Part shown: positions 25,179-35,187 of the stretch, piece by piece
Position numbering within the stretch: the first letter of the stretch is position 1
Layout: each line of letters begins with the position of its first letter
DNA from: Chloroflexota bacterium
GTDB taxonomy: Bacteria; Chloroflexota; Dehalococcoidia; Dehalococcoidales; JAFGLR01
Direction: 5' to 3'
Length of the DNA: 42,630 nt
NCBI GenBank assembly: GCA_016210585.1
Contig: JACQTX010000204.1
Span: 1-42,630, forward strand
Position numbers and translations under genes: made by a program
The notes under the pieces: generated by a model
The model's database searches: none
Told to the model about the DNA's origin: nothing
Seen by the model: only the letters and a program-made list of their open reading frames with translations

Positions 25179-25637
25179 AGTCTATCTTTTCACTTTGGCG
25201 GTCAAGAAAGCCGTTACCTGCATGTGAGCCGCAACCTGCTGGAGCATATGATATCACGGCAGCCCTGAGCGCACCACTATCGGTGAGACCGGCCAGCGAA
25301 ATCAGCACGGCTGCGTTACAAGATCCGGAGGATGATACTGCCGCCTTCCGTGAGAGCATGGCGAAACCTTGAAGGAGACTTGCTGAATGTGGCGAAGCCC
25401 CGTTCTCCGAAGAATCAGGTCCAGTTGCTCACGGATATCAGCGTTCATCCGAATATGACCGGAGACGATGTGATCCTAACCGACCGGATTGCCGGGGTCA
25501 AGGAACGGACTGCCATTGATATCCCAAACTAAGCAAGTGGAGAGAGAGAATCGTCGCAAGTTCTGTGCAAGTTAATCTGATCGTCCCCCGGATGTGGTAG
25601 TAACTGAAGGTGTTGAAGTGCAGAGGTTAGGAATGGT

Positions 25638-26156
25638 ATGAAAGGACTCAAAATACGCTTTGGCACTATCGAAGATAGCCTAGAAGCCGTGGCCATGGCC
25701 TTCATCCTGTTCATGATGCTTCTAACCACAGCTGATATCATCGGCCGATACGTTTTCAACTCACCGATTGTCGGCGTCACAGAAATCGAAGAGGAGCTAA
25801 TGTCCGTAATAGTCCTTTTATGTCTCGCTTCCATTCAGCGAACAAATATTAACGTAGGTGTAGACCTTTTTGAGCAAGCTGTCAAAAGGAAGGGACACAT
25901 CCTCATTTATCACGGGATTCGTATCTTTAATTGTTTGTTGCCCCTTGTCCTTTACGCTATCGTCAGTTGGAGTAGCTTCGGTAGAGCAATGGATGCTTTC
26001 GCAGAACGTCTCTATTTTAGTGGCTTCCTTCGCCTGCCCAGCGGACCGTTTCTGCTGAGCGTGCCTTTGGGCAGCGTCTTACTTTGCATTCGCCTCGTTA
26101 TCCAAATAGTCAATGAGACTCGAAACAAGGATAGCGCGAGCATAGAAGTAGGGTAG
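25638..26156 (+). CDS. dctQ: TRAP transporter small permease
   Basis: DIIGRYVFNSPI.G..EI, NVGVDLF; 4 transmembrane segments. Confidence 0.88.
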   Translation: MKGLKIRFGTIEDSLEAVAMAFILFMMLLTTADIIGRYVFNSPIVGVTEIEEELMSVIVLLCLASIQRTNINVGVDLFEQAVKRKGHILIYHGIRIFNCLLPLVLYAIVSWSSFGRAMDAFAERLYFSGFLRLPSGPFLLSVPLGSVLLCIRLVIQIVNETRNKDSASIEVG

Positions 26157-26174
26157 AGATACGAAGAGGGCATA

Positions 26175-27482
26175 ATGGAACCACAGATAATCGGCCTATT
26201 GGGCATTGTGTTGCTTCTGATCTTAGTCCTGGCCGGAATGCGTATTGCCTATGCTTCTTTCCTGGTCGCCTTTCTTGGTTTGCTGGTTCTGAAGAACTGG
26301 AACATAGCGTTTGAATTTGTGGGGCGGACCGCTTATACCCAAAATGCCTCCTGGAGCTATGTTGTCATCCCGATGTTTGTCCTGATGGGACTTTTCCTTT
26401 CGAATGCTGGCCTGGCAGACGAGATTTTCGTTGCGGCGCAGAAGTGGTTTGGCCACCTGCCTGGGGGTCTGGCCTTGGCCTGTATCTGGGGCAGCGCGGG
26501 TTTTGCCGCTTGCACCGGGTCAACGGCGGCCGCCGATGCCGTCGCCGGCAAGTTGCTTATCCGTAAGATGATCGGCCTTGGCTACAAACCCAGCATGGCA
26601 ACTGGTGTGGTGGCATCTGCCGGCTGCCTTGCTATCCTCATTCCACCGAGCGCCACAATAGTCATCTACGGCATTATTACGCAGCAGTCTATAGGGGCAC
26701 TCCTTATCGGTGGCGTTTTGCCTGGCCTGCTGTCGGCCACCGTCTACGCCGCTGGTACCTATTTCATAGCTATCCGTAATCCCGCCATCATGCCAGCACT
26801 GCCCCGAGTTAGCTGGCGGGAGAGGTTCGCCTCACTCAAAGGTACTTCAATTGCCTTTATGATACTGGGACTGATGTTGGGCGGACTTTACTTTGGCATA
26901 TTCACACCGTCTGAAGCGGGTGCCGCCGGAGCGGCCGCCATCTTTCTTTTCTGTCTAGTTCGGCGGCGCGTAACTTTCAAGATGGTGAAGGACTCACTCC
27001 GTGAAACCGCCCGTATTAACGCGATGATTTTTGTGCTGATGATTGGTATTCTTGGCCTGATGAACTTCATGTCTATCAGCGGGACTACCGGCGTCATTGT
27101 CAATTACATCGCCGGACTTGTTGTGAACCGATGGCTAATTTTTGCGGCCATAATCGTGCTTTACATCATTTTGGGGATGTTCCTCGGCTCATACGCTATG
27201 ATGTACCTGACACTACCGGTTCTTTTTCCTTTGGTAGTTTCCCTGGAATTTAACCCCGTCTGGTTTGGCATCATTGTTATCATAATGTGCGAATTGGGCA
27301 GCATAACCCCCCCTATTGGCTATTCGGTATTTGTGGTGAACTCCGTCATTCCTGAGGTGCCTGTACAGGAAATATTTAAGGGTTGCTTCCCGTTCATGGT
27401 CATGGACCTGATAATAGTGGGGATTCTGGCAGCTTTCCCGGCCATAGTGACGATTCTACCAACATTGATGAAGATGAGCTGA
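26175..27482 (+). CDS. dctM: TRAP transporter large permease
   Basis: VIPMFVLMG, PGGLA, GSTAA, ILIPPS, FTPSEAG, WFG, ITPPIG motifs. Confidence 0.93.
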   Translation: MEPQIIGLLGIVLLLILVLAGMRIAYASFLVAFLGLLVLKNWNIAFEFVGRTAYTQNASWSYVVIPMFVLMGLFLSNAGLADEIFVAAQKWFGHLPGGLALACIWGSAGFAACTGSTAAADAVAGKLLIRKMIGLGYKPSMATGVVASAGCLAILIPPSATIVIYGIITQQSIGALLIGGVLPGLLSATVYAAGTYFIAIRNPAIMPALPRVSWRERFASLKGTSIAFMILGLMLGGLYFGIFTPSEAGAAGAAAIFLFCLVRRRVTFKMVKDSLRETARINAMIFVLMIGILGLMNFMSISGTTGVIVNYIAGLVVNRWLIFAAIIVLYIILGMFLGSYAMMYLTLPVLFPLVVSLEFNPVWFGIIVIIMCELGSITPPIGYSVFVVNSVIPEVPVQEIFKGCFPFMVMDLIIVGILAAFPAIVTILPTLMKMS

Positions 27483-27637
27483 TTTCAGTTCATGTTGCCA
27501 GCAAGCGGTGACAAATCCACCGGTGCTACTTGGCTGTCTTTCTTGTGCCGCAACCCGTCCGACTTTCTTGCCCTCATATTCCAGCAAACTCAAGCGGAGC
27601 GCCCGCCCAATACGGCAAGTGGCGAGATAAAAAACAA

Positions 27638-27668
27638 ATGAAGCCGATAGACAAGCTATCGGCTTCAT
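27638..27668. terminator. Hairpin between the convergent dctM and dctP genes
   Basis: Perfect 13-bp IR ATGAAGCCGATAG-ACAAG-CTATCGGCTTCAT, with an A-rich run on the left (U-tail on the minus strand). Confidence 0.7.
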
Positions 27669-27795
27669 CAGAAACCAAGGACTAACGCAAGCCACCCCGT
27701 CATGGTCACGACTATCCACGCGTGTCAAATGACTCACTGACATAATTGCAAGGGGACCTTGCACCCTTCACATCATCGTGATGTGTTCTCTGTTC

Positions 27796-28941
27796 TTATT
27801 TTGTAAGCTCAGCTCGTTTTGCCTGGGCAAACTTTAGAAGGTCTGTCCCGGGGACCCCCCTGCCGTCCCGGTCTGCTTTCCAGTTGTTCCACAGGGCCAA
27901 GCCCGCGTCAATAATCTTGGCAACTTCCTCGGCCGGCAATGTACCAACATTCTTGTAGAGCGTCTTAGATTTCTCTTCGCCCTTGACCTGCATATCCACC
28001 ACCCAGTTAACACTGCCTTCCGTTGCCTTCGGAACTTCTTCTTTGAGTATCTGCTTCAAGTCATCTGGCAGAGCATTAAAGGAATCACGATTTAGCGCGA
28101 CGGCAAGTGCCTGGTTTTGGGTCATGTTTAACCCCAGAGTCAGATAATCTACCACCTGGTAGTATTTGTCCGATTCGACCAGATATTCGTAGGATGGTGC
28201 GAAATCAACCAGATTTGATTGCAGAGCGGAGAAGACTTCAGCGTACGAAACAGTCACCGGCACAGCACCCAGATTTTGGAAAAGTGTCGCCGTAATGGGG
28301 TTAGGTGCTCTTATCTTCACACCTTTAAGATCGGCTATCGCTTTTATTGGCTTTCTGCCCGCTAGGTTCATGTAACTCGACATCACTGGCATCAACAGGC
28401 TTGATTCCATGTTCATTTTGCCAAATTCATCCTTGACCGCCTGATGAGTTAGAATGGCGCTTAAGAAAGGAAACATCTGCGTCTTGATTGCCGGCGCATT
28501 CTGAGCGGGGACAAGCATAGGCAAATCCACAATGGTGAAAAGAGGGAACTTCGCCTCGTTGAGGCCTCCTTGTACGAGCCCTATATCAGCTATGCCAGTT
28601 CTTATGCCCTCAGGAATACTTTTGGCGTCAAGTAATGAACCGCTCCAGTTGTAGTTGAATTTGAAGCGTCCATTCGTGCGCTCCTCCAAGGCTTTGCCCA
28701 GCATGATTGCTACCTGGCTGCTGCCAGCCGTGGGCCCTAGATAAGAAGCGTAGTTCCAGACTACAGATTTGCCAGTCGTAGTCGGTGCCGGTGTAGCCGT
28801 TACTGTTGTAGTTGGTGTCACCGATACGGTTACTGTCGGGGCGGGCGTTGGTTTTGGCGTTGCTGCCTTGGCACAGCCCGCACCCACCAGTCCCGTTAGC
28901 AAGGCGAGACAAAACACCAGACAGGCAACCTTCTTAACCAT
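27796..28941 (-). CDS. dctP: TRAP transporter solute-binding lipoprotein
   Basis: Lipobox (LVGAGC), Pro/Thr linker, ERTNGR, DLKGVKIR, LGAVPV...EVFSALQ, LPDDLK. Confidence 0.9.
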   Translation of the reverse strand: MVKKVACLVFCLALLTGLVGAGCAKAATPKPTPAPTVTVSVTPTTTVTATPAPTTTGKSVVWNYASYLGPTAGSSQVAIMLGKALEERTNGRFKFNYNWSGSLLDAKSIPEGIRTGIADIGLVQGGLNEAKFPLFTIVDLPMLVPAQNAPAIKTQMFPFLSAILTHQAVKDEFGKMNMESSLLMPVMSSYMNLAGRKPIKAIADLKGVKIRAPNPITATLFQNLGAVPVTVSYAEVFSALQSNLVDFAPSYEYLVESDKYYQVVDYLTLGLNMTQNQALAVALNRDSFNALPDDLKQILKEEVPKATEGSVNWVVDMQVKGEEKSKTLYKNVGTLPAEEVAKIIDAGLALWNNWKADRDGRGVPGTDLLKFAQAKRAELTK

Positions 28942-28994
28942 ATTTATTCACTCCCTCCTCCTTTTTGTTCCTCCCCCAGGGAAAAGTAGAATAA

Positions 28995-29023
28995 TTTATA
29001 GCACTATTGGGGCACTTTGTCAA
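28995..29023 (-). promoter_or_regulatory. Sigma70 promoter for dctP
   Basis: TTGACA-17-TATAAA with extended TG. Confidence 0.65.
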
Positions 29024-29192
29024 ACTTATCATTTGAGGGTTTTATTTGTATTTAGTTGATTGATGCTTTACCCTCTATCCAATAGCCCGAATGCGGAGTT
29101 CCACGTGGCGAGCACGTGGGTGAATGCGTATTCGCCCGGGCATCAAGCGAAGCTCGCGCCAGTTGAGTGTCACTGGCTATGACAGTGAGTAT

Positions 29193-30113
29193 CTACGAAA
29201 CTAAGGCCAAGAGGCTCCCAATGACGAGGAAGCTGTTGCCCAAAAGCACCCAGCGGCCAAGGCTCTCATGCTCACGAATAAAGGCAAAGGCGAAGAGGAG
29301 TGTCCATAAAGGTGACGTGCGCATCACAAGACTCACCACTATTACTGACCCGTAGGTCAGGGCGAAATTCCTTAGCAACTGCGCTACGCTCGCGGTAAGT
29401 CCCGAAAGAACCGCCAGCCGTAGTGCTACCCCTCGCGTCTTAAGTATTGCCGCCCTGTTTTCTGCAACTAAGAATGAACTGGGACAAATAATTACACAAG
29501 CGGCAAGATAAGCTACCAGAGTACCAAATACGGGTGACCCTCCGTTGTCCAGACTAAACTTTACCAATATGGGGCTACTACCACGGAAGACGGTGACACC
29601 TGCAGCATACAAAATGCCCTTGTACAAAGTTGCGCGGTCCACTTTTTCCCCAGCGCTGCCGAATAATTTGTTGTCACGAGAAGTTGTTGATTCCTTCATA
29701 ATCAGCAGAAAGGGACCCGACAAGGCGAGAAGGATTCCAACGAACGTGAGCGGCTTAACAGCTTCCCCCAATATGACTACGGCTAGGATTATGACGACAA
29801 CGAAGTTCAGACTGGTGACAATATTGGAACGGGTGGCGCCGATCAGTTGGACGGACCTGTAGGCCCACGTGCGCCCTAAGGCAAACTCTGTCGCACCGGA
29901 GAGGGCGAAGAAGATATAGACTTGCCACGGGGACTGTCCAAGCCTGAATAAGTCTCCCGTTACGATGGTCGCCAGCAGAAAAAAGGGAGGGCCCGTAAAG
30001 ATAGATACGTTAGCTACGTATGTTGGGCTAGCCCGGAGCACCCCACCACGGGCAACAATAGAACTGGCTCCATATGCTGCTGCCGTTGCCAGTCCCAGGA
30101 AAGCTCCAATCAC
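29193..30113 (-). CDS. DMT/EamA family transporter
   Basis: Two hydrophobic repeats; GR...Y.SVQLIGATR, ILGE, SPLW motifs. Confidence 0.88.
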   Translation of the reverse strand: MIGAFLGLATAAAYGASSIVARGGVLRASPTYVANVSIFTGPPFFLLATIVTGDLFRLGQSPWQVYIFFALSGATEFALGRTWAYRSVQLIGATRSNIVTSLNFVVVIILAVVILGEAVKPLTFVGILLALSGPFLLIMKESTTSRDNKLFGSAGEKVDRATLYKGILYAAGVTVFRGSSPILVKFSLDNGGSPVFGTLVAYLAACVIICPSSFLVAENRAAILKTRGVALRLAVLSGLTASVAQLLRNFALTYGSVIVVSLVMRTSPLWTLLFAFAFIREHESLGRWVLLGNSFLVIGSLLALVS

Positions 30114-30323
30114 GACATCATTCTAACGTCTCCACCATAAAGAATGCAAAGCTACCTGTGAGGCCAAAATCCGGCATCTATTGAAAAACTCAGGGGTGCC
30201 AATATCGTTCACCTCTTTGGTGGTAGTTTTTTGCTTTACTCCCGCCATAGCGCAGCTTTGCGCTACGCACCAGCGAGGTTCCTGCTATTACTTTTGCTGG
30301 CGGGTCACAGGTGCTCAGAACCC

Positions 30324-30353
30324 TTGACAGGTGGGGGGGGGGAGTATTATGAT
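30324..30353 (+). promoter_or_regulatory. Sigma70 promoter of the tctCAB operon with a G10 tract in the spacer
   Basis: TTGACA (30324-30329) - 18 bp including G10 (30333-30342) - TATGAT (30348-30353). Confidence 0.65.
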
Positions 30354-30382
30354 AACTATAATTTACTTAGGAGGGAATTACA

Positions 30383-31579
30383 GTGTACAAATGGATGGCG
30401 GCTTTGATTGTACTTGTGTTGAGTGTTTCTCTGGCTGCCTGTGCTGCGCCAAAAGCTACGCCGGCACCGACAGTGACCGCAACGGCGACCGTGACGGCGC
30501 CGCCGACCACAGCAACGGCAACCGTAACCGCACCGCCGACTACAGTAACGGCAACACCAGCCCCAGCCCCGACAGTCACACTGACAGTGCCAGCCCCGAC
30601 GCCTACGCCGACCGCGGTCGGCGTAGCTGATTTTTATAAAGATAAGCGTGTCACGATGGGTGTTGCCTATGCGCCCGGGGGCGGCGTCGACTATAGCTCC
30701 AGAGTATTCGCCAGCTTCTGGCCCACATTCACCGGTGGCGCTATGGTGGTAGAGAATAAGCCGGGTGCTGGTGGCTTGGCCATGGCGAACTCCATGGCCT
30801 CTAGCGCAAAGCGTGATGGATCCGAATTGGGTGCAACATCATACCGCTCAGGCCTGGCAGGCCCATGGCTAATGCAAGACCCCGGCGTTCAGTATGATGC
30901 CTTAAAGTTCAGCTACATTGGGTCAGTGGCAAATGAACTCAGCGGCCTTGCTATTGGAGCCGGCAGGCCATACAACACCATCGCAGACCTGCGACAGGCG
31001 AAGGGCCTGAAGTTTGGCTCTTTAGAGAAGTCCGCCGGGTCAACGGTGGCCACTGCCGTACTCATAAAACTTCTCGGCCTGGATGCCCGCCTGGTTATTG
31101 GCTACGCGGGAACTGCAGAGCTGTCTCTGGCTGCTGGTAGAGGGGAAATTGATGGCTATGTGACCGGCGAGACAACCATAAAGGCTGAAGGTGACAAGGG
31201 ATATGTGAAAAAAGCACCCTTGGTCATGATCGAGCGCCAGAGGGGCACACTTTTCAAAGACGTAATAGCGATAACCGAAGTCGTAAAGCCCTCCCCGGAA
31301 GATGAGATATTATTGGATACCTCGTTGCTCCAGAAGGTCAGGGTCATCTTCTTTACTCCTCCCGAGGTATCTCAGGATAAGGTTGCCTTCCTGCGCACGG
31401 CTTTTGACAAAGTCACTGCCGATAGTGCTTTTATGACGATGATGACGCGATACTACGGAATCTATGTACCGCCGGTGACGGGCGCGGAAGAAGCTAAGAT
31501 AATAGCTCGCCTGGGCAGCATACCGAAGGCCCAGTTTGACGCTGTTACCAAGCTAATTGACCAGTATGCGGGCCAATAA
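30383..31579 (+). CDS. tctC: Tripartite tricarboxylate transporter substrate-binding lipoprotein (Bug/TctC)
   Basis: Lipobox SLAAC, long Pro/Thr/Ala linker, FYKDK, APGGG.D, VVENKPGAGG, GY.G, RGEIDG, PPEV. Confidence 0.88.
   Translation: MYKWMAALIVLVLSVSLAACAAPKATPAPTVTATATVTAPPTTATATVTAPPTTVTATPAPAPTVTLTVPAPTPTPTAVGVADFYKDKRVTMGVAYAPGGGVDYSSRVFASFWPTFTGGAMVVENKPGAGGLAMANSMASSAKRDGSELGATSYRSGLAGPWLMQDPGVQYDALKFSYIGSVANELSGLAIGAGRPYNTIADLRQAKGLKFGSLEKSAGSTVATAVLIKLLGLDARLVIGYAGTAELSLAAGRGEIDGYVTGETTIKAEGDKGYVKKAPLVMIERQRGTLFKDVIAITEVVKPSPEDEILLDTSLLQKVRVIFFTPPEVSQDKVAFLRTAFDKVTADSAFMTMMTRYYGIYVPPVTGAEEAKIIARLGSIPKAQFDAVTKLIDQYAGQ
30466..30615 (+). repeat. Imperfect coding tandem repeat (PT(T/V)TATATVTAP linker)
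   Basis: Repeated CCGAC..GCAACGGC.ACCGT.AC.GC.CCG units encoding the lipoprotein linker. Confidence 0.6.
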
Positions 31580-31698
31580 GAGAGGCGCTTCAAAGAGGTG
31601 CAGTTAGTCATCGCTAGGAAGAATTGAAGATATGAATCTTCTTTAGCCTCGACGAAACCGCCAAAATCCCCCTTGGCCCCCCTTTCCCAAAGATGAAA

Positions 31699-31731
31699 CC
31701 GCTTAGTCCCCTTTTATGGGGGACTAAGCGG
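31699..31731. repeat. Intergenic stem-loop between tctC and tctA
   Basis: Perfect 13-bp IR CCGCTTAGTCCCC-TTTTATG-GGGGACTAAGCGG. Confidence 0.75.
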
Positions 31732-31814
31732 GGTTCCTGTAGTTATCATCAAGTTTCGCGGATGGCTGTTATTCCCGGTGCCGCTCTACGGGTCAGGAAA
31801 GACGAGGGCAGTAA

Positions 31815-33311
31815 ATGGAAGCTTGGCTACAGGCTTTGCAGAACTATACGGATTTGGCCTTCGTGGGTTGGGTGCTCGCCGGTGGTATTGGGGGGCTAAT
31901 ATTCGGTATCATCCCGGGCATAAGCGGCATGACATTAGTGGTCTTGTTCTTGCCGTTCGTTCTGGATATGAAGCCAGAATACGCCCTCGGTTTCATTACG
32001 GCGACTGCTGGCGCCTCCATGACCGGAGGTTCAGTAACTGCCATTCTACTGAACGTACCGGGGACCACCGTCAATGCCGCTACTCTCCTTGATGGCTATC
32101 CTATGACAAAGAAGGGTCAAGCCGGCCGCGCTCTCGGGGCAGCCGTCACCGCCTCCGCGCTGGGTGGCATTCTCGCCGTATTCCTTGCTTTTGCCATGGT
32201 GCCCTTGATATTGCCTATGGTTATGGCGATGCGCTCCGCCGATATGGTTTTCCTTATTCTAATGGGGCTAACGTTTATCGGCGTTCTGGGCACAGGCGCT
32301 ATGATCAAAGGCCTGATCAGCGGAGGAGTGGGGCTGCTTATTAGCTTTATCGGATATCAGTCCATAACGGGTATGCAGCGTTTTACCTTCGGCAGCACCT
32401 ATCTCTATGATGGTCTACCGATAATGCCTGTTATTCTGGGACTATTTGCCTTGCCTGAGGTGATTGACCTTGCCGCGAAGGGTGGTACCATCGCCCAGAC
32501 AAGAGCGGTAATTAAGGGAATGACACAGGTGATAGAAGGGGCAAAGGACGTGTTCCGGCACTGGGGTTTATGGTTCCGAAGTACCGTTATTGGCTACATC
32601 ATTGGAGTCATCCCCGGAATCGGTGCCGCAACGTCTATCTGGGTGGCTTACGGCCAGGCCAAGCAGATTTCGAAACACCCTGAAAAATTCGGCACTGGCA
32701 CTGTCGAGGGCGTTATTGCTCCGGAAAGTTCTAACAATGCCACTCAGGCCGGGGCATTGCTAACCACCGTGGCTTTGGGCATACCAGGGAGTGCTGAGCA
32801 TGCCGTAGTCCTGGGAGCCTTTCTAATACTGGGGGTTACGGCTGGGCCGACACTTATGATGCAGCACCTGGACCTACCTCTCACATTGTTTTTCGCCATT
32901 ATTGCGGGCAATCTGATAGGCGGAATTCTGTGTTTCTGGACGGCGCAACACCTGGCTAAAATAGGCAACGTTCCCAGCCGCATCTTGGTTCCTCTGGTTA
33001 CGGTCATGGTTCTTGCCGGTGCTTTTGTTATGAGGGAGCAGTTCAACGATGTTATCGTCACTCTCATCTTTGGTGCGCTGGGATTCGGGATGAGAAGGCT
33101 AGGTTTCAACGCACCGGCGCTGTTAGTAGGGTATGTTCTGGGGTCTCTATTCGAACAATACTGGTTCATAGCCATTCAAGTTTCTGGCCCGACGTTCTTC
33201 ATGCGACCAATCAGTTTAGGCATCATTGCTGTTACCGTTTTGGTCCTTACCTCTGGACCCATAAGAAGCCTGGTTCAGCAGCTATTCAAAAAGGGGGCCA
33301 AGGGAACGTGA
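31815..33311 (+). CDS. tctA: Tripartite tricarboxylate transporter large permease
   Basis: GIIPGISG, AILLNVPG, DGYPM..KGQAGRAL, GLFALPE, EGVIAPESSNNA, LGIPGS. Confidence 0.93.
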   Translation: MEAWLQALQNYTDLAFVGWVLAGGIGGLIFGIIPGISGMTLVVLFLPFVLDMKPEYALGFITATAGASMTGGSVTAILLNVPGTTVNAATLLDGYPMTKKGQAGRALGAAVTASALGGILAVFLAFAMVPLILPMVMAMRSADMVFLILMGLTFIGVLGTGAMIKGLISGGVGLLISFIGYQSITGMQRFTFGSTYLYDGLPIMPVILGLFALPEVIDLAAKGGTIAQTRAVIKGMTQVIEGAKDVFRHWGLWFRSTVIGYIIGVIPGIGAATSIWVAYGQAKQISKHPEKFGTGTVEGVIAPESSNNATQAGALLTTVALGIPGSAEHAVVLGAFLILGVTAGPTLMMQHLDLPLTLFFAIIAGNLIGGILCFWTAQHLAKIGNVPSRILVPLVTVMVLAGAFVMREQFNDVIVTLIFGALGFGMRRLGFNAPALLVGYVLGSLFEQYWFIAIQVSGPTFFMRPISLGIIAVTVLVLTSGPIRSLVQQLFKKGAKGT

Positions 33312-33778
33312 AACTAAAGGCGGATAGCTACTCTTACATAGCAGTGATGGCAATCATGCTGGTAATAATAGCATCGGCACTGTCAATGAAGTATGCACAA
33401 TCCAAGCTGTTGCCACTGACATTCAGCAGCCTTGTTTTCGTCCTGGCGGCAGCTGGGCTGTGGAGAGATTTCTCAACTAAAAGCCCCACATTAACGGCTA
33501 TCGGCGAAGATAAACGTGAAGAGAAGAAGTCTGGCGTGACCTTACGAGGATATTTAACTATCTGGGCCTGGGTAGTGGGCTTTTTCCTGGCTATCTACTT
33601 ATTGGGCTTCGTGGTGGCTATTGCTGCATTTGTTCTTGCTTATATCAAATCACACGGCGTAAGCTGGCGGCTGGCTCTTACATTTTCTGGTCTCACTACG
33701 GCATTTGTTTACGCCGTATTCGAACGATTACTGGATGTTGTCTTGTATCGAGGCTTATTCCTCACCTGGTTAAGCTAG
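33308..33778 (+). CDS. tctB: Tripartite tricarboxylate transporter small permease
   Basis: 4-5 transmembrane segments, LLGF motif, GTGA overlap with tctA. Confidence 0.85.
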   Translation: MKLKADSYSYIAVMAIMLVIIASALSMKYAQSKLLPLTFSSLVFVLAAAGLWRDFSTKSPTLTAIGEDKREEKKSGVTLRGYLTIWAWVVGFFLAIYLLGFVVAIAAFVLAYIKSHGVSWRLALTFSGLTTAFVYAVFERLLDVVLYRGLFLTWLS

Positions 33779-33807
33779 GTATGTACCTGGGACTCTACCA
33801 GTTGGGG

Positions 33808-33858
33808 TCGTCTGAAGATATCTATCAGTTCGTGCTTAACTTAAGGCAACGCATCAGA
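33808..33858 (+). pseudogene. Short C-terminal stub of a nitroreductase paralogue
   Basis: SSEDIYQFVLNLRQRIR versus SSDDIYQFLVDLRRRSK in the adjacent minus-strand nitroreductase; shared 14-mer GATATCTATCAGTT. Confidence 0.5.
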
Positions 33859-34166
33859 GAACACTACACGAAATTTCGAATTGGCGTCCGCTGATATCGC
33901 GTCGCTGCGCCCCGATTCCTCATTGTAGAGAGGGCTACGCTTGGCATTGCTTTAATTGAGAAGGACGCACGCTCAGCGATGCCGAGCTGCTGGTAGTTTG
34001 TGATGCCGGTGCGGCACAGTACATGTTCATCAGCACCCCGATATCTGTCCGCCGAGGTGCAGCCGATACAGTCTGGCTCTCTATTGCACGGACTGTTAGG
34101 CACGGCAGACGTTTCATCGGAACTGATACAGATGCTCAATTGCACGGCGCAAAACCAGGATACTAC

Positions 34167-34913
34167 TCAGGTTGATTGGCCCGGACCGGACGTATCATAG
34201 CCTGGTTTTGACCTTCGTCTAAGGTCAACCAGAAACTGATAGATATCGTCACTGGACCGGTACTTGGATTGGTCATATCTGTCGTGATGTGTGATTTCTT
34301 CCAATGGTCTTCGCCAACCACCACGCGCTTTATGTGCCGGGTATCCGATTGGGACTATGGTGTGTATATCCAGTTCCGCCGGGACACCCAAAAGGGTCTT
34401 CAGTGAAGCTTCCCAACTTCGATTGACAGTAACCCATTGGGCACCAAGGCCAAGTGCTGCTGCGGCAAGATGCAAATTATGAGTGGCATTGCCCACATTC
34501 TTAATATAGGTTGCCTGAGGCCCCCCTTCGCAGTTGATGAAACTCGACGTTAATGTTGTAGCCTGCAGCGTTCTCTGGTCTCCACAGACAACTATGCATA
34601 TCGGAGCATCCTCAAAGCCAGGCAGACCCGGCTGGGGTTCGACCTGGTACATTAGATGCCTCACCTCTTTAACCCGTGTCTTTTCTATATTCCACTTGTC
34701 CCTCTGAAGGCTGTGCCCAAGCTCAGCCATCCTTCTTATTGTTTCCCTGTCCTTAACAACGATGAACTCCCACGGCTGACCGTTTGCCCCGGACATTGCC
34801 CAGCGAGCCACCTCAAGTATTTTTTCAATATATTCATCCGGGATGGGGTCCGGTCTAAATCTGCGGCAACTCCTTCTCTTCCTCACCAAGTCAACAAGTT
34901 CGTCAATCTGCAC
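34167..34913 (-). CDS. Nitroreductase family protein
   Basis: RRSCRRF.PDPI, ARWAMSGANGQPWEFIVV, LAAAALGLG.QW, PIGYP; RBS AGGAGG before GTG 34913. Confidence 0.9.
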   Translation of the reverse strand: MQIDELVDLVRKRRSCRRFRPDPIPDEYIEKILEVARWAMSGANGQPWEFIVVKDRETIRRMAELGHSLQRDKWNIEKTRVKEVRHLMYQVEPQPGLPGFEDAPICIVVCGDQRTLQATTLTSSFINCEGGPQATYIKNVGNATHNLHLAAAALGLGAQWVTVNRSWEASLKTLLGVPAELDIHTIVPIGYPAHKARGGWRRPLEEITHHDRYDQSKYRSSDDIYQFLVDLRRRSKPGYDTSGPGQST

Positions 34914-34947
34914 GTCCAAGCTCCTCCTTCGTCCTTTGGTGTCGAGA

Positions 34948-35049
34948 ATAATAGCACATGAATATAACAACTGTCAACGAGGATTACTGCGAGGATTACT
35001 CAAATGGAGAATGAAATGGCTTGACAGAGCTGCTATTAAGGTTTATCAT
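34948..35049. promoter_or_regulatory. Divergent sigma70 promoters flanking an 11-bp direct repeat
   Basis: Minus strand TTGACA(34977)-18-TATTAT; plus strand TTGACA(35021)-17-TATCAT; CGAGGATTACT twice (34978-34988, 34990-35000). Confidence 0.65.
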
Positions 35050-35187
35050 CGCGACTGTAATCTTACTGATGGAGAAGGGGTGAACGCCATTGATTTTCGT
35101 CGGTGAGCTTACTTAGGGCTTAGGTGAATCTGAAGGGCACCAGACTAGACTCATTCGCAGTATCTATTTCAGGAGGTGTTTTCACTG

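Noticed and set aside
30466-30615. Repeats considered as CRISPR or VNTR
   Set aside because: In-frame Pro/Thr linker of a lipoprotein; no spacers or cas genes.
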